A DNA stretch of 35,032 bases from Candidatus Aenigmatarchaeota archaeon (GCA_043808015.1 JAZDFI010000006.1:1-35032), one strand, 5' to 3'. Counted from the first letter of the stretch, positions 17,016 through 27,192 are shown. Notes: a model not told the origin generated them from the sequence alone. A program made the numbers and translations.

Positions 17016-20000
17016 TCACTTTCTCGATATGTTGAGGCCTATGTTCTCGTCGTAAAGGCCTTCGTGGCGTATGGCGATGTTGTTGCTGCCCTTGCCCACG
17101 TCCATGCGCCTGCCGAGTATGTCCATGTTGTCGTAATTAAGCACTATCGCCATGGGATATTTGTCTCCGAGGCCGAACGAGAACGTCGGCTCCGAATACT
17201 GCATGAAAGAGCCGCTGTTTATCAGGCCAATCCTGTTCTGCATGCTCTTCCAGTCGCCTTTCGAGCTCACCACGAAAGCTATCGAATTCGGGTATTTCAG
17301 GTCCAGGCCCAGCGTCACGCTATCGACGCTTTTGTCGACCAGGACGCCTAGCGGCTGCTGGTTCTGGAACACCAGGCCGTAAAGCGAGTTCGCATAATAC
17401 GAAGCTATGTAATAGTTCTGCGGTATGGCGTAATACGCATAAGTCAGGTCAGCGAAGCTCTTTTCGCCTGCTCCGGGGACATACGTGCTGGCTTGCGTCT
17501 CGTTAAGCACGAGCTTTATGTTGAGTTTCAGCGAGACTACGGTGAAAGACGCGTAAGCCACGCTTTCCGCCGCGCCCAGGTCAGTGGCGGTGATTTCGAT
17601 CTGCCATACGCCGTCGGCGTTCGACGGGATTGTATATTGATACTGGTACGTGTAACCGTTCATTATCGATGACACGGGCGTCATGTCGGCGTTGTTGACC
17701 ATTATGTCGCTTTCGTTGTTGCGTATCCTTATCTGCACGCTTTCCATATCGCCTGCGCCGTCCCCGTCGGTCGCGTCGGCTCTTATGTATATCATCCTTC
17801 CGGCGCGGAGCGAGCTCTTCTGCGCCATCGTGGAATCGTAAGTCTTCACATTCGCGGCGGAAGGCAGGTTGTTATACGTGGTATTGCACACCGCCGATGA
17901 ATAAGCGGTTTCCGCATCGTTCTGATTCCTCGCCTTTATCCTGTAGCAATACTGGGTGTGCGGCAGCGAGACGCCGTCCGTGTAAGACGGCTCGCCGTAC
18001 CACGTGGTCCAGTTCTCGTCGCTGCCACCAGCGTTAGCGGTGGTTTCCTCTATGTAATAATCAACTCCCGACGGATTCGAGGCCATGGAGAAATTTACGA
18101 TACAGCTGTGCGTGCCGCTGTAATAGCACGCGACCCTTGATATCGACGGCTGGTCCGCAAGAGTGTAATTGCATGTTTCATTGCTCTGCGTCCCGATGTT
18201 GCTCACGTTATCCCTGTACTGCGTGCGGAAGCAGTGCATGGTGTTCGGCGCCAGCGACGAGTTCGTATAAACATTCGAAGCCTGCCATGCGCTCCATACG
18301 CCTGAATCGTAAAACCTGTATGCAGTCGCGTGCAGGCCTGAGCCGCCGTCGCTAGCCGCAACGGAAGTCACTGTCGCCGCAGCCGAACCCAGAGCCAGCG
18401 ACGAAACCTGCGCAGGCTCCGGCGTAGGCGGCGTGTTGTCCGCTGTGATGGTGGCGTTCCTTTCGGAAGAATATTCATAGCCGTCGTAAAGGCGGCAGTA
18501 AACAAGATGCTGCGAATTGTCGCTCCATGCGCTGGCGAAAGTGCAGTTCCTTTCGCCGGAGCCGAGCGTCGAATTGCAGACGTTTTCATTACCGCTGGTA
18601 TTGCCGCAGCGCATGTAATAAGTATCGCCATCGCCGTCCGACGCGCCTGAACTCGTGATGATCACGGTGTCGCCGCTCTTGACATAGCTGACGTTCATGT
18701 ATATCGCCGTCAGCGCCGGGGCGGTGTTCTCCCTGAAAGTTCTCTCGTTCTCGAGCTCTATCACGCCCGCGCTGTCATTCGCGAAGGCGCGGAAAGTGTA
18801 AGACTGGCCGGCCACCGTGGCTTTGTCTGTATGGCATGTCACATACGTCCCGCTGCCGTGCTTCGTCATCGTTTCGTTCACGCCATCCCATGACAGCGTG
18901 CATGTGTCTATGCTGTTGCCCTGCGTGTCGTTGGCCGTGACGTTTATGGTGACCGAATTGTCAATGTTAACCGAGCCGTGCGAAGGCGTGGGCAAAACGT
19001 ATGAAAGGTCTATGACATCGACGCAGTCGCCGCCGTAGCAATTATACGTCAGAGGGCAGTCCGACTGGATGGCGCAATCGTACCACGTGCCCGCGTTGCA
19101 GTAGTCGTCATCTCCATCGTTGTCAGCGTCGGAGCGCGAGCCGCTCGCGTAGCACGTGCTGTCCGCGACGCACTTGTTCGCGGCGTTGCAGCACGCGTCA
19201 TCGCTGGCATTGGTGGCCCAGTCGTTGTCCATGCCGCCGTCCGCCAGCCTGTAAGCATGATTCTCTCCCGCGTCGTCGCCGCAGCAGGTCGCCGGCGATA
19301 TCTCGCCGCCCAGACTCCATCTTAATGGCGCCTCGCATGCGTCGCAATATGTTTGCCCGTCATCGGAATCGCGCCATGTCCCGGCGCTGCAATAAGCGTC
19401 GTCAGAATAGCACGCGGCATTGCTGTAGCACGTGTCCTGGTAAACGCACTTGTTCGCGGCGTTGCAGCACGCGTTGTCGCTCGCGTTGGAAGCGCACCAT
19501 GAAGAGCAGAACCTGAGCCTGGTGTTTTCGCCCGAGTCGTCGCCGCAGCACACGGTCGCGTTTATCTCGCCGCCGATGCTCCAGTCGTATGCAGTGCATC
19601 CGCTAGCGACGGAAGTGCAGTAGGCCTCATCGCTGTCCCTGTTATGATCAGTATAATCGCATCCGCCGCTCTCGGTGCACGTGATGCTGTCGGTATAAGT
19701 GCCCTGGTCGGAACAGCATTCGCTACCGACGCCGCTGCATTCGAGGTCGCATGACGTGCCGTTCGCCTCGCTGCCGCTCGAGCATACGATGTTTCCGTGA
19801 AAACATTTCATGCCCGCAACGTAACCGTTGCCGTAAAGGTTAGAAGACGAATCGTTTGATGAGGCGCCGTCGCTGCACGCGCCTGCCCCGGACTTGCATT
19901 CCACCGTCGTGCTCGATGCAAGGTCGCCGGTGTACCAGCCCCAGCCGTAGACGTCCTGCGAGCTGCCATTAGCCGCGGCAGCGGCATTGCATGTTATGTC

Positions 20001-22220
20001 GCCGTAGTGGCATTTCCTTACCGTGCCGGAGCCGATCGTGTATCCGTTTCCGTAATACGTAACCGCAGAAACATAGGAGCCCGCGTTGCAGCGCTCGCAC
20101 GTAAGGCTGGTCGCGCTTGAAGGCAAGCCTGAATAATAATACGTATTGTCACCGGTCGTGTCGTCGCCGCAGCACGACGTGCCTGAGACGGGCGTGTTGG
20201 TAAACCATGTGTAAGCGCATCCTGACGCGGTGCAATACGCAGAGCTTTCGTCGGGGTCTTCCCACGTGCCTGAGCTGCAATACGAGTTTAACCCACCAGA
20301 GCCGAAAACATGGCATGACCCGGTTGTCTGGCAGTTGCCATTGCTGTCGACGCATTTCGTGTTTTCTGTGCAGCACGCCATCGTGCTCGAGCCGCAGTTG
20401 CCGTTTGCAGAGCTGTCCACGCAGCTCAAATAATTCTCGCCGGCGTCGTCGCCGCAGCATTTTGAAGTGGTGCCGGCCTCCCATTCCATGCCAGTCGTGT
20501 TGAAGCATGTCGAGCCGCCGCAGGCAGACGAGCCAAGCTTGCAGTCGCACCAGCTCTGGTTCTGGTCCCAGGTAACGTTGTAAATGGTGGCGGGACTGGC
20601 TGACTCCCATACCCACGCATCTCCTTGGGCGTGGAATTTCACGGTCGCGTTGTATGCGCCTTCCGTGGGGCAGAAGCCATACCCTAGCGAGTAGTTCCAT
20701 GTCTCGTTCTTCGGATTGGCTGCGGTGCACGTGCCGGCCTCGGCGTAGAAAAGCATCTGGTAAGGCCCAAGCGTGCTGCCGCCCGGGGCCTGTATCGTAA
20801 CATTGGCGGCGTCTACGTCGCACATGTTGCAGGGCGACGGCGACGTCCCCGTACAGTCGGACTCGGTGATGCAGTCGTTTGATACGCACGAACCAAGGCT
20901 ACAATGCAAGTCTGCGTTGCAGTCCTGCCATGTCCCGCTCGAGCAATAGTCAGTATCGCCGTCTCCGTCGACGTCGGAAGGCGACGAGCCGGTCGCATAG
21001 CACACGCCGTTCAAAACACAGTCCGTCGAAGCAGAGCAGCATCTGTAGTCGCTTGCGTTGCTTGCCTTGCCGTTGTCCAGGCTCGCGCCCGCGGAAAAGT
21101 AGTTGTAATTCTCGCTGGCGTCGTCGCCGCAGCATTCCAGCGTCGTGTTGTCCGCGTATTCGCCTATCGCGCACGCCGCGCCTTCTCCGCACCTCACGCC
21201 GCTCGCGTTGCCGCAGTATGAAGCGCCGCATGTGCCATAGTAGCCGCTGTCGTCGCAGTCATTCCACGTGCCGGAGACGCAGTTCGCGTACTTGTCGTTC
21301 GCCGGGCTCCCACCAATGGCGTTCGCCCCGACCTTGCAAGTCAGGGCTGACGGGTCTATGCAGTCGGTCGTGCTGTCGCAGCAGGTGTCATTCGAGGAAG
21401 AGCATGCCCAGCTTATCGCACCGCTTTTCTGGCAGTACCTGTATTTCTCGCCCGAGTCGTCGCCGCAGCAGGCCGTCGTGCATCCGGATTCGCCGGTGCA
21501 GTCACCGCTGCCGCCGGTAGCCCAGTTCTGGCTGCACCCCGTGCACCTGCCTGATGCGCCGTCGGCGTCTAGTGCGCTATAATCACATTCGCATGTCGCG
21601 CCAAGGTCGCACCAGTAATCCCTCCACTTGCAGCTGTCCGTCCCCGTGCCGCAGGTGCCGTAGCAGCCGTCGCTGCCGTCACAGTCGGCGTTCGCGTCGC
21701 ACGTGGCGCCGCATATCTCCGAGCACGTGGTCGTGCATCCGGTCCCTGATGAGCAAGTATAGTCGCCGCAACCCACGCTGCCGCCGCAAGTGCCTCCGTA
21801 AGCGTCATTGACGCACGTCTTTCTGGCGCAGCTGTCGGTGCAGATCGTGCCGCAGTCCTCCACTATTTCACAGTCGCACGTGCCTGAGCTGCACCATGTT
21901 CTGCTGGTGCCGCTGCATGAGCATGGATATGTCGGCGGTTGGCAGCTGGCGCCGCAGTCATATTCGCATCCGGAAGTGCATCCAACCTGGTCGTAGTCGT
22001 CAGGGCACGCGTGCTTGTCGCACGACGTGGTGTCCGCTTGGCAAGTGATAATGCAATACATATCCGCGTAAGAACAATAGTGACCGCCATTTCCCCTGTT
22101 CTGATAATTTGTACAATATAAGCCAGTGCACGTTTCAGGGTCGCAGGCGGCAAGAACGTAGTTTGAAGATAACAATATCGCAAGCGAAAAAATCAAAATT
22201 AATAATGATTTCCCGGCCAT
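17016..22220 (-). CDS. Giant secreted Cys-rich repeat protein (1734 aa) with Ig/FN3-like C-terminal region
   Basis: Sec signal peptide; roughly the first 1070 aa are extremely Cys-rich with six CCGDD motifs and DxDxDGD Ca-binding loops; followed by Ig-like/FN3-like modules (LAPNTMHCFRTQYRD, LPHTQYCYRIKARN); no C-terminal TM. Confidence 0.88.
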   Translation of the reverse strand: MAGKSLLILIFSLAILLSSNYVLAACDPETCTGLYCTNYQNRGNGGHYCSYADMYCIITCQADTTSCDKHACPDDYDQVGCTSGCEYDCGASCQPPTYPCSCSGTSRTWCSSGTCDCEIVEDCGTICTDSCARKTCVNDAYGGTCGGSVGCGDYTCSSGTGCTTTCSEICGATCDANADCDGSDGCYGTCGTGTDSCKWRDYWCDLGATCECDYSALDADGASGRCTGCSQNWATGGSGDCTGESGCTTACCGDDSGEKYRYCQKSGAISWACSSSNDTCCDSTTDCIDPSALTCKVGANAIGGSPANDKYANCVSGTWNDCDDSGYYGTCGASYCGNASGVRCGEGAACAIGEYADNTTLECCGDDASENYNYFSAGASLDNGKASNASDYRCCSASTDCVLNGVCYATGSSPSDVDGDGDTDYCSSGTWQDCNADLHCSLGSCVSNDCITESDCTGTSPSPCNMCDVDAANVTIQAPGGSTLGPYQMLFYAEAGTCTAANPKNETWNYSLGYGFCPTEGAYNATVKFHAQGDAWVWESASPATIYNVTWDQNQSWCDCKLGSSACGGSTCFNTTGMEWEAGTTSKCCGDDAGENYLSCVDSSANGNCGSSTMACCTENTKCVDSNGNCQTTGSCHVFGSGGLNSYCSSGTWEDPDESSAYCTASGCAYTWFTNTPVSGTSCCGDDTTGDNTYYYSGLPSSATSLTCERCNAGSYVSAVTYYGNGYTIGSGTVRKCHYGDITCNAAAAANGSSQDVYGWGWYTGDLASSTTVECKSGAGACSDGASSNDSSSNLYGNGYVAGMKCFHGNIVCSSGSEANGTSCDLECSGVGSECCSDQGTYTDSITCTESGGCDYTDHNRDSDEAYCTSVASGCTAYDWSIGGEINATVCCGDDSGENTRLRFCSSWCASNASDNACCNAANKCVYQDTCYSNAACYSDDAYCSAGTWRDSDDGQTYCDACEAPLRWSLGGEISPATCCGDDAGENHAYRLADGGMDNDWATNASDDACCNAANKCVADSTCYASGSRSDADNDGDDDYCNAGTWYDCAIQSDCPLTYNCYGGDCVDVIDLSYVLPTPSHGSVNIDNSVTINVTANDTQGNSIDTCTLSWDGVNETMTKHGSGTYVTCHTDKATVAGQSYTFRAFANDSAGVIELENERTFRENTAPALTAIYMNVSYVKSGDTVIITSSGASDGDGDTYYMRCGNTSGNENVCNSTLGSGERNCTFASAWSDNSQHLVYCRLYDGYEYSSERNATITADNTPPTPEPAQVSSLALGSAAATVTSVAASDGGSGLHATAYRFYDSGVWSAWQASNVYTNSSLAPNTMHCFRTQYRDNVSNIGTQSNETCNYTLADQPSISRVACYYSGTHSCIVNFSMASNPSGVDYYIEETTANAGGSDENWTTWYGEPSYTDGVSLPHTQYCYRIKARNQNDAETAYSSAVCNTTYNNLPSAANVKTYDSTMAQKSSLRAGRMIYIRADATDGDGAGDMESVQIRIRNNESDIMVNNADMTPVSSIMNGYTYQYQYTIPSNADGVWQIEITATDLGAAESVAYASFTVVSLKLNIKLVLNETQASTYVPGAGEKSFADLTYAYYAIPQNYYIASYYANSLYGLVFQNQQPLGVLVDKSVDSVTLGLDLKYPNSIAFVVSSKGDWKSMQNRIGLINSGSFMQYSEPTFSFGLGDKYPMAIVLNYDNMDILGRRMDVGKGSNNIAIRHEGLYDENIGLNISRK
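19168..19474. repeat. 31-bp exact direct repeat (19168-19198, 19444-19474) inside the giant gene
   Basis: ACGCACTTGTTCGCGGCGTTGCAGCACGCGT twice, 276 bp apart, encoding ACCNAANKCV. Confidence 0.9.
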
Positions 22221-22315
22221 TGATTATTTTTTCATTATATGATTAATATATGTTAAGATATACGATGCTAAATGAATGATTTTAGAAAAAAAAGAAACAA
22301 TGAAGCATTAAAATT

Positions 22316-24568
22316 TTATTTTGTGATGCCCTTTATCCTGGCCCTGAGCCACTTTTCCCACTCGTCGTAAATCATCTTGGAATCCGGAGTCCCTATTTCT
22401 TCCCTGGACCTTTCGGCCAGTATGTGGTATTGAGAATTCGAACTGGTTATCCACTCCGCCTCCATGAGCTCTGGCATGTTGAGCTTGTCTGAATATTTGA
22501 CGAGCGCCTCCTTCATCTTGGCGCGCAGCTGTATGTTGCTCCAGACGGTGTCCCAGTTGCCGTGCCATTCCTTGACGTAAGAAGCGACCCGGTTCAGGAC
22601 TTCTGATTCGCCGTTCGTAAGGGTATCGGAAGGCTTGAGCACGTCCTCCTTGCCGGAGTATTCCATGAGGTCGACGAAGCCCCCTTCCTTCTGAGGATTG
22701 GATTCCCAGTGCTTGCGCACTTCCGTGACTTCGGTCATGCGCCTGAAGCGTTTTAAACCATCCGCCGAACGCAGCGATTTGCATATCAGTATAATGTCCG
22801 TAGCCTTGAAGCTAGTCGGAGGCACGCCGAGGTCATTGACGACCCTGTCGTATACGCCGTAAGGCGACTCGCCGTGAATCGTGCCGGCCACGACGTTCGA
22901 CAACGCTCCGACGCGCATGGCTTCGTAAAGAGCGGAAGCTTCTTTCGAACGTATCTCGCCTATAATCAGCGCGGAGTCGCCGAGCCTCAGCGCGGTTCTC
23001 AGCGCCTCGTCGGCCGGCATTTCTGACTCGACGTGAGTTATGACAGAGCGCGACTTGAGCGACTCGATGTTGTAGCCAAGGTCCCTCAGCTGGTCAATGG
23101 GAAGCTCGAGCGTGTCTTCTATCGTGACTATTCTCGTCTTCGGCAGCAGCTCCAGCATCAGCGCTCCCAGGACGCTCGTTTTTCCGGCGCCTCTGCCTCC
23201 TGCGACGAGCAGCGATACCGAGCCGTCGACGAGGAACGACAGCAGCCCGGCCGAGAGCGGGCTCAACATGCCGGACTTTATGAATAGCGGGAGCGTCCAT
23301 GGCTTGTCACGATGACGACGAATTGCGAAGCCGAAACCTTCCGGCGAAAGCCCCTTTGTTATGACTGCGAACCTGGCCTTCCCTCCGGGGACGGCGATGT
23401 CAGTATCGAGAACGGGATTCGCTTCGTCCAGAGGGCGTCCGGACTGGATTCTAAGGCGGGTGGCCCAGGATTCCGCATCCTCGCGCGTGGGAATGAGGTT
23501 GGTCAGGCATTCCTGATACGTCTGATGGAATATCATGATAGGCTGGCTCTCGACGGGGGAATTGATGTAAACGTCCTGTATCTTCTCGTCCGCGAGCAGG
23601 ACTTCCAGCACACCAAGACCCGCAGTGTAACGTGTGAGTATGTTGGCGAGCTGGTCGACGTCCTTGGCGGTGAGATATACGCCCATCTTGTCGGCGACCT
23701 CGCGCAGCATGTCGCGGCCGATGTTGTAGAAGATTTCCCGAACCTTTTCGGAACGGACGAACTCCGCGGTCTTCGGCCTGTGCGACGCCATGTAACGCCT
23801 CGCCGCGTCCATGACAGCGTATTTCTCTTCCGACAGGTTGAATTCCGGCGGCACGACGTGGTAGACGTGATGCGCGTGCTGCGGCACCTTGTATATCTCT
23901 ACTTGTATATCACCGACGGTGTAGCGGTCGACTGACGTGCCCCCTTCCGGCGGCGTGATCATGTAGCGCGTGAGCATGAAGTTCGGCCTGACACTCGGCG
24001 TGAATATCTGCCTGTAAATCTCACGCGAGCCGACGTGATACCCCGACAGGTGCGGCTTGGCGAGCTGTATCATCTTAGTCGCCTCGAGCTTCTTCTTGAG
24101 CATGTCTATTATATCTTCCTTGTAATACCTGTAGCACTTGCTGCAGCCGTCCCTGCGTTCGGCTTTGACGAGCAGGTCGCGGGCCTCGCGTATCAGCTCG
24201 ACATACGCCCCGACCGGGTCGCGGCGGAGCAGGTTGATGGCTATGTATTGTATGCGCTGAGAAAAATCGGGATAGCAGCGACCGCACGTTTCAGGCTTGA
24301 GCGTCGAATATGATATCGTCTTCTCCCTCACAACGTCCTCGATTATCCTCGCTATCTCGAGGAGCATCTTCACCTGCTCGCCGGTGTACTCGTATTCGCG
24401 TTCCTTCGCGAGCACGATGGAGCCGACGTTCTTGTTCGAAAGCAGCTTGTCTATGACGAGCGACATGCACGAGTCGTAGTCCTCCACGGACGCGCCGTAC
24501 ACGCAGCCGAGGCAGTCTACTTTCAGCCGCCTCGAATCCTCGTCATACGTGTATTCACAAACAGCCAT
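22316..24568 (-). CDS. Type II/IV secretion system (pilus assembly) ATPase, VirB11/CpaF/ArlI family
   Basis: Walker A GGRGAGKT, Asp box TIEDTLEL, ALRLGDSALIIGEIR Walker B, GTIHG His box; N-terminal extension with CLGC, CGRC, CSKC. Confidence 0.93.
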   Translation of the reverse strand: MAVCEYTYDEDSRRLKVDCLGCVYGASVEDYDSCMSLVIDKLLSNKNVGSIVLAKEREYEYTGEQVKMLLEIARIIEDVVREKTISYSTLKPETCGRCYPDFSQRIQYIAINLLRRDPVGAYVELIREARDLLVKAERRDGCSKCYRYYKEDIIDMLKKKLEATKMIQLAKPHLSGYHVGSREIYRQIFTPSVRPNFMLTRYMITPPEGGTSVDRYTVGDIQVEIYKVPQHAHHVYHVVPPEFNLSEEKYAVMDAARRYMASHRPKTAEFVRSEKVREIFYNIGRDMLREVADKMGVYLTAKDVDQLANILTRYTAGLGVLEVLLADEKIQDVYINSPVESQPIMIFHQTYQECLTNLIPTREDAESWATRLRIQSGRPLDEANPVLDTDIAVPGGKARFAVITKGLSPEGFGFAIRRHRDKPWTLPLFIKSGMLSPLSAGLLSFLVDGSVSLLVAGGRGAGKTSVLGALMLELLPKTRIVTIEDTLELPIDQLRDLGYNIESLKSRSVITHVESEMPADEALRTALRLGDSALIIGEIRSKEASALYEAMRVGALSNVVAGTIHGESPYGVYDRVVNDLGVPPTSFKATDIILICKSLRSADGLKRFRRMTEVTEVRKHWESNPQKEGGFVDLMEYSGKEDVLKPSDTLTNGESEVLNRVASYVKEWHGNWDTVWSNIQLRAKMKEALVKYSDKLNMPELMEAEWITSSNSQYHILAERSREEIGTPDSKMIYDEWEKWLRARIKGITK

Positions 24569-24635
24569 ATGCATCAACCCAGGACAAAGCTAAACCCAAC
24601 CTATAATAATATTGTTAAATTCCTAATTTATACAT

Positions 24636-25907
24636 ATGGACATGAATGCGAACCTGAACGACGGTTTTTCCGGCTTCGAGCTGGAGCTCGAGGACTTCGA
24701 GATCAAGAAAAGGGAATCCCTTCTGACGCGCGCCACCAGCGTGGGCCCCGGGGGCAGCATATTCTGCCTGCCGAAAATAGTCGACGGTGCGGTTTATTTC
24801 GGTTCAATGGACCGTTACGTTTACGCGGTGGACTGCGAAACGGGCAGGCTTGTGTGGAAATACAAGGCCGAAGGCCAGCTGGCGTGCAACTCGGCCGAGT
24901 CCGACGGCAAGACCATCTTTATAGGGTCGATGTCAGGCTCGCTGTACGCGCTGGAAGCGAAGACGGGAAGGCTGCTGTGGCGATTCAAGGCAGGAGGCGG
25001 CGTGACTACAAAACCGCTGTTTCATGACGGCAGGATTTATTTCGGTTCGCTGGACGGCAACCTTTACTGCCTTGATGCGGAAGGCAGTGAAATGTGGAGA
25101 TTCAAGACCGGCGATTACGTCTATTGCGGCCCGAGCGCATATGACGGAAAAATCTACTTTGGCTCGGGCGACTGCAACTTTTACTGCATCACTACGGACG
25201 GCAGGGAAGTCTGGCGCTTCCGGGCAGGCGACGAGATCATAAACGAGCTGCCCGTGCTGCTCCACAAGGGCGTCGTGTATTTCGGCTGCATGGACAACAA
25301 CCTCTACGCGCTCGACGCGGAAAGCGGGAAGGAGCTCTGGAGGTTCAGGACCGGCAGGTATGGCATCTGCTGCGTGCCTTCCGTCCACGAGAATGTCATA
25401 TACATCAACTCGAGAGATGGAATACTCTATGCCATTTCAATGAAAGGCAAGGAGCTGTGGCGCTTCAACGCCGGCGCTCTGGTGGCGGTCGGCATAACCT
25501 GCCACAAAGACAGGCTTTACTTCGGCAGCGAGAACGGCAACATTTACTGCCTGAACAATGAAGGCAAGGAAATCTGGCGCTTCAAAACGGGCGGCCCTGT
25601 ATGGAGCCCGCCTGCCGTATGGAAGGACAGGCTTTACGACGGCTCTTGGGACTGCCATTTGTATTGCATCGGCCTCGACGGCAAAGAGTTCTGGCGCTTC
25701 GCCGCCAGCGACCGGGGCATTTGCAAGGTCGACCCGCCGTACAAGATATTCGAGATGGTCGTGAAAAAGTCGTTCGACGAGACGCACGAGAAGGACGACA
25801 AATACGACATAAACTTGGGCGCCAAGAGCGAGGACAGGTTTTACACCGTGAAGAGCGAGTACATGGGCGAGTCGACGTATTCCAGCAAGAAGGACTACGG
25901 CCAGTGA
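24636..25907 (+). CDS. PQQ-like/BamB-type beta-propeller repeat protein, cytoplasmic
   Basis: Eight ~40-aa blades of consensus YFGSxDxxLYCLxxxGKExWRFKxG; no signal peptide; acidic N-terminal and Tyr-periodic C-terminal tails. Confidence 0.9.
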   Translation: MDMNANLNDGFSGFELELEDFEIKKRESLLTRATSVGPGGSIFCLPKIVDGAVYFGSMDRYVYAVDCETGRLVWKYKAEGQLACNSAESDGKTIFIGSMSGSLYALEAKTGRLLWRFKAGGGVTTKPLFHDGRIYFGSLDGNLYCLDAEGSEMWRFKTGDYVYCGPSAYDGKIYFGSGDCNFYCITTDGREVWRFRAGDEIINELPVLLHKGVVYFGCMDNNLYALDAESGKELWRFRTGRYGICCVPSVHENVIYINSRDGILYAISMKGKELWRFNAGALVAVGITCHKDRLYFGSENGNIYCLNNEGKEIWRFKTGGPVWSPPAVWKDRLYDGSWDCHLYCIGLDGKEFWRFAASDRGICKVDPPYKIFEMVVKKSFDETHEKDDKYDINLGAKSEDRFYTVKSEYMGESTYSSKKDYGQ

Positions 25908-25971
25908 AAAATAAAAATGTCATCAGAAGACGCATTACTGATTTTTCAATATCCTCGCCGAAAGTATTAAC

Positions 25972-27192
25972 ATGGCGCTACGGATAAGCGACGCGGACGA
26001 GATTCGCTTCTTCAGAATTTCCTCCAGGAAGGATGGAGATGAATACATAATAGGCAGGCAGGAGACCGAGGACTACGTCGGCGTGCCTGAAACGGGCCTC
26101 GAAATAATCCGGCTGCTGCAAGCCGGTAAGACCGTGGAGCAGGCTGCCAAGGCGGCCCGTAAAAAATACGGCAGGACATTCGATGTAAAGGGCTTCGTCC
26201 GCGAGCTCGCCCAGGACGGCCTCGTCAGGAGCATAGGCGGCACGGCGTTGAAAGAGCGGAAGAAGGCGCACTACCTTTTCCCGTGGCTGAAGCCCCGGCA
26301 CGTGTCCTGGCTTTTCTCAAAACCGGCGTACTTCGCTTACGTCATGTTCGTGACTTTCGCGATTTTCCTCGTCATTGCGAACCCGGACTACGTGCCGAGA
26401 TACGAGGATTTCTTTTTCAGTCAAAGTTACACGTTCATAGCGGCGGTTTCTTTCGTGCTCGGCATAATCATGGTCACGAGGCATGAATTCTCGCATTTCC
26501 TGGCCGCGATATCCTGCGGCATAAAGGCGGATTTCGGCATAGACTACAGGCTGTATTACCTGGTCGCCGTCACCGACGTCACGAACGTATGGCGATTGCC
26601 GAGGATAAAGAGGCTCAGGATATATTTCGCCGGCATGGCGAGCGACGTCCTTTTCATCTCGCTCTTCATTTTCGCCATGTTCCTTTCCGACACGAGCGTG
26701 ATGCCCATCCCATATAACGCATATCTCGTGCTGCGGTATCTCGTCCTGATGGAAATACTCGGCCTGGCATGGCAGTTCATGTTCTTCATGAAGACGGACA
26801 TATATCTCATACTGGAAAATCTCCTGAAAACAGAGGGCCTTTACGAAAAGTCGCTGAAGTTCATCAGTCAGGAGTTCATGGGCATGCTCGGCAGAGGCCG
26901 CAAGCAGCGGCCCGCCAGCGCGAGGGAATACACGATAACCGAAATATTCTCAGCATTCTTCCTGGCAGGGACGACGATAGCGGTTGTGAGCTTCCTCTTC
27001 TTTGACATACCCATAGTCTACGAGCTCTTCACGACTTCCATAGCGAACCTGTTCTCATCGGAACCGCAGAAGATGCTTGACAGCATGGCCTTCCTGCTCA
27101 TCTTCGGCGCGGAATACGGGCTGCTCGGCTACGCTGTCATGAGGGGTCATTTCAGTAGAAAATCAAGAAAGCCAAAGCACAGCAATAGCTAA
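25972..27192 (+). CDS. PqqD/RRE-like domain fused to M50-type intramembrane zinc protease
   Basis: N-terminal 3-strand/3-helix pattern (DGDEYIIGRQETEDYVGVPETGLEIIRLLQAGKTVEQAA...DVKGFVRELAQDGLV), then TM helices with HEFSH, TDVTNVW, R..IYFAGMASD, WQFMFFMKTDIY. Confidence 0.8.
   Translation: MALRISDADEIRFFRISSRKDGDEYIIGRQETEDYVGVPETGLEIIRLLQAGKTVEQAAKAARKKYGRTFDVKGFVRELAQDGLVRSIGGTALKERKKAHYLFPWLKPRHVSWLFSKPAYFAYVMFVTFAIFLVIANPDYVPRYEDFFFSQSYTFIAAVSFVLGIIMVTRHEFSHFLAAISCGIKADFGIDYRLYYLVAVTDVTNVWRLPRIKRLRIYFAGMASDVLFISLFIFAMFLSDTSVMPIPYNAYLVLRYLVLMEILGLAWQFMFFMKTDIYLILENLLKTEGLYEKSLKFISQEFMGMLGRGRKQRPASAREYTITEIFSAFFLAGTTIAVVSFLFFDIPIVYELFTTSIANLFSSEPQKMLDSMAFLLIFGAEYGLLGYAVMRGHFSRKSRKPKHSNS

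Noticed and set aside
19000-22200. Repeated GTCGTCGCCGCAGCA 15-mers as CRISPR or DGR repeats
   Set aside because: In-frame CCGDD codons at irregular spacing; no adenine-specific mismatch pair and no reverse transcriptase in the window
24750-25720. Regular ~120-bp periodic repeats resembling an array
   Set aside because: Degenerate coding repeats of beta-propeller blades, not CRISPR; no identical repeats with unique spacers and no cas genes
25917-25970. 17-aa micro-ORF MSSEDALLIFQYPRRKY between the propeller and protease genes
   Set aside because: No RBS or recognisable leader motif; this size is expected by chance in a spacer
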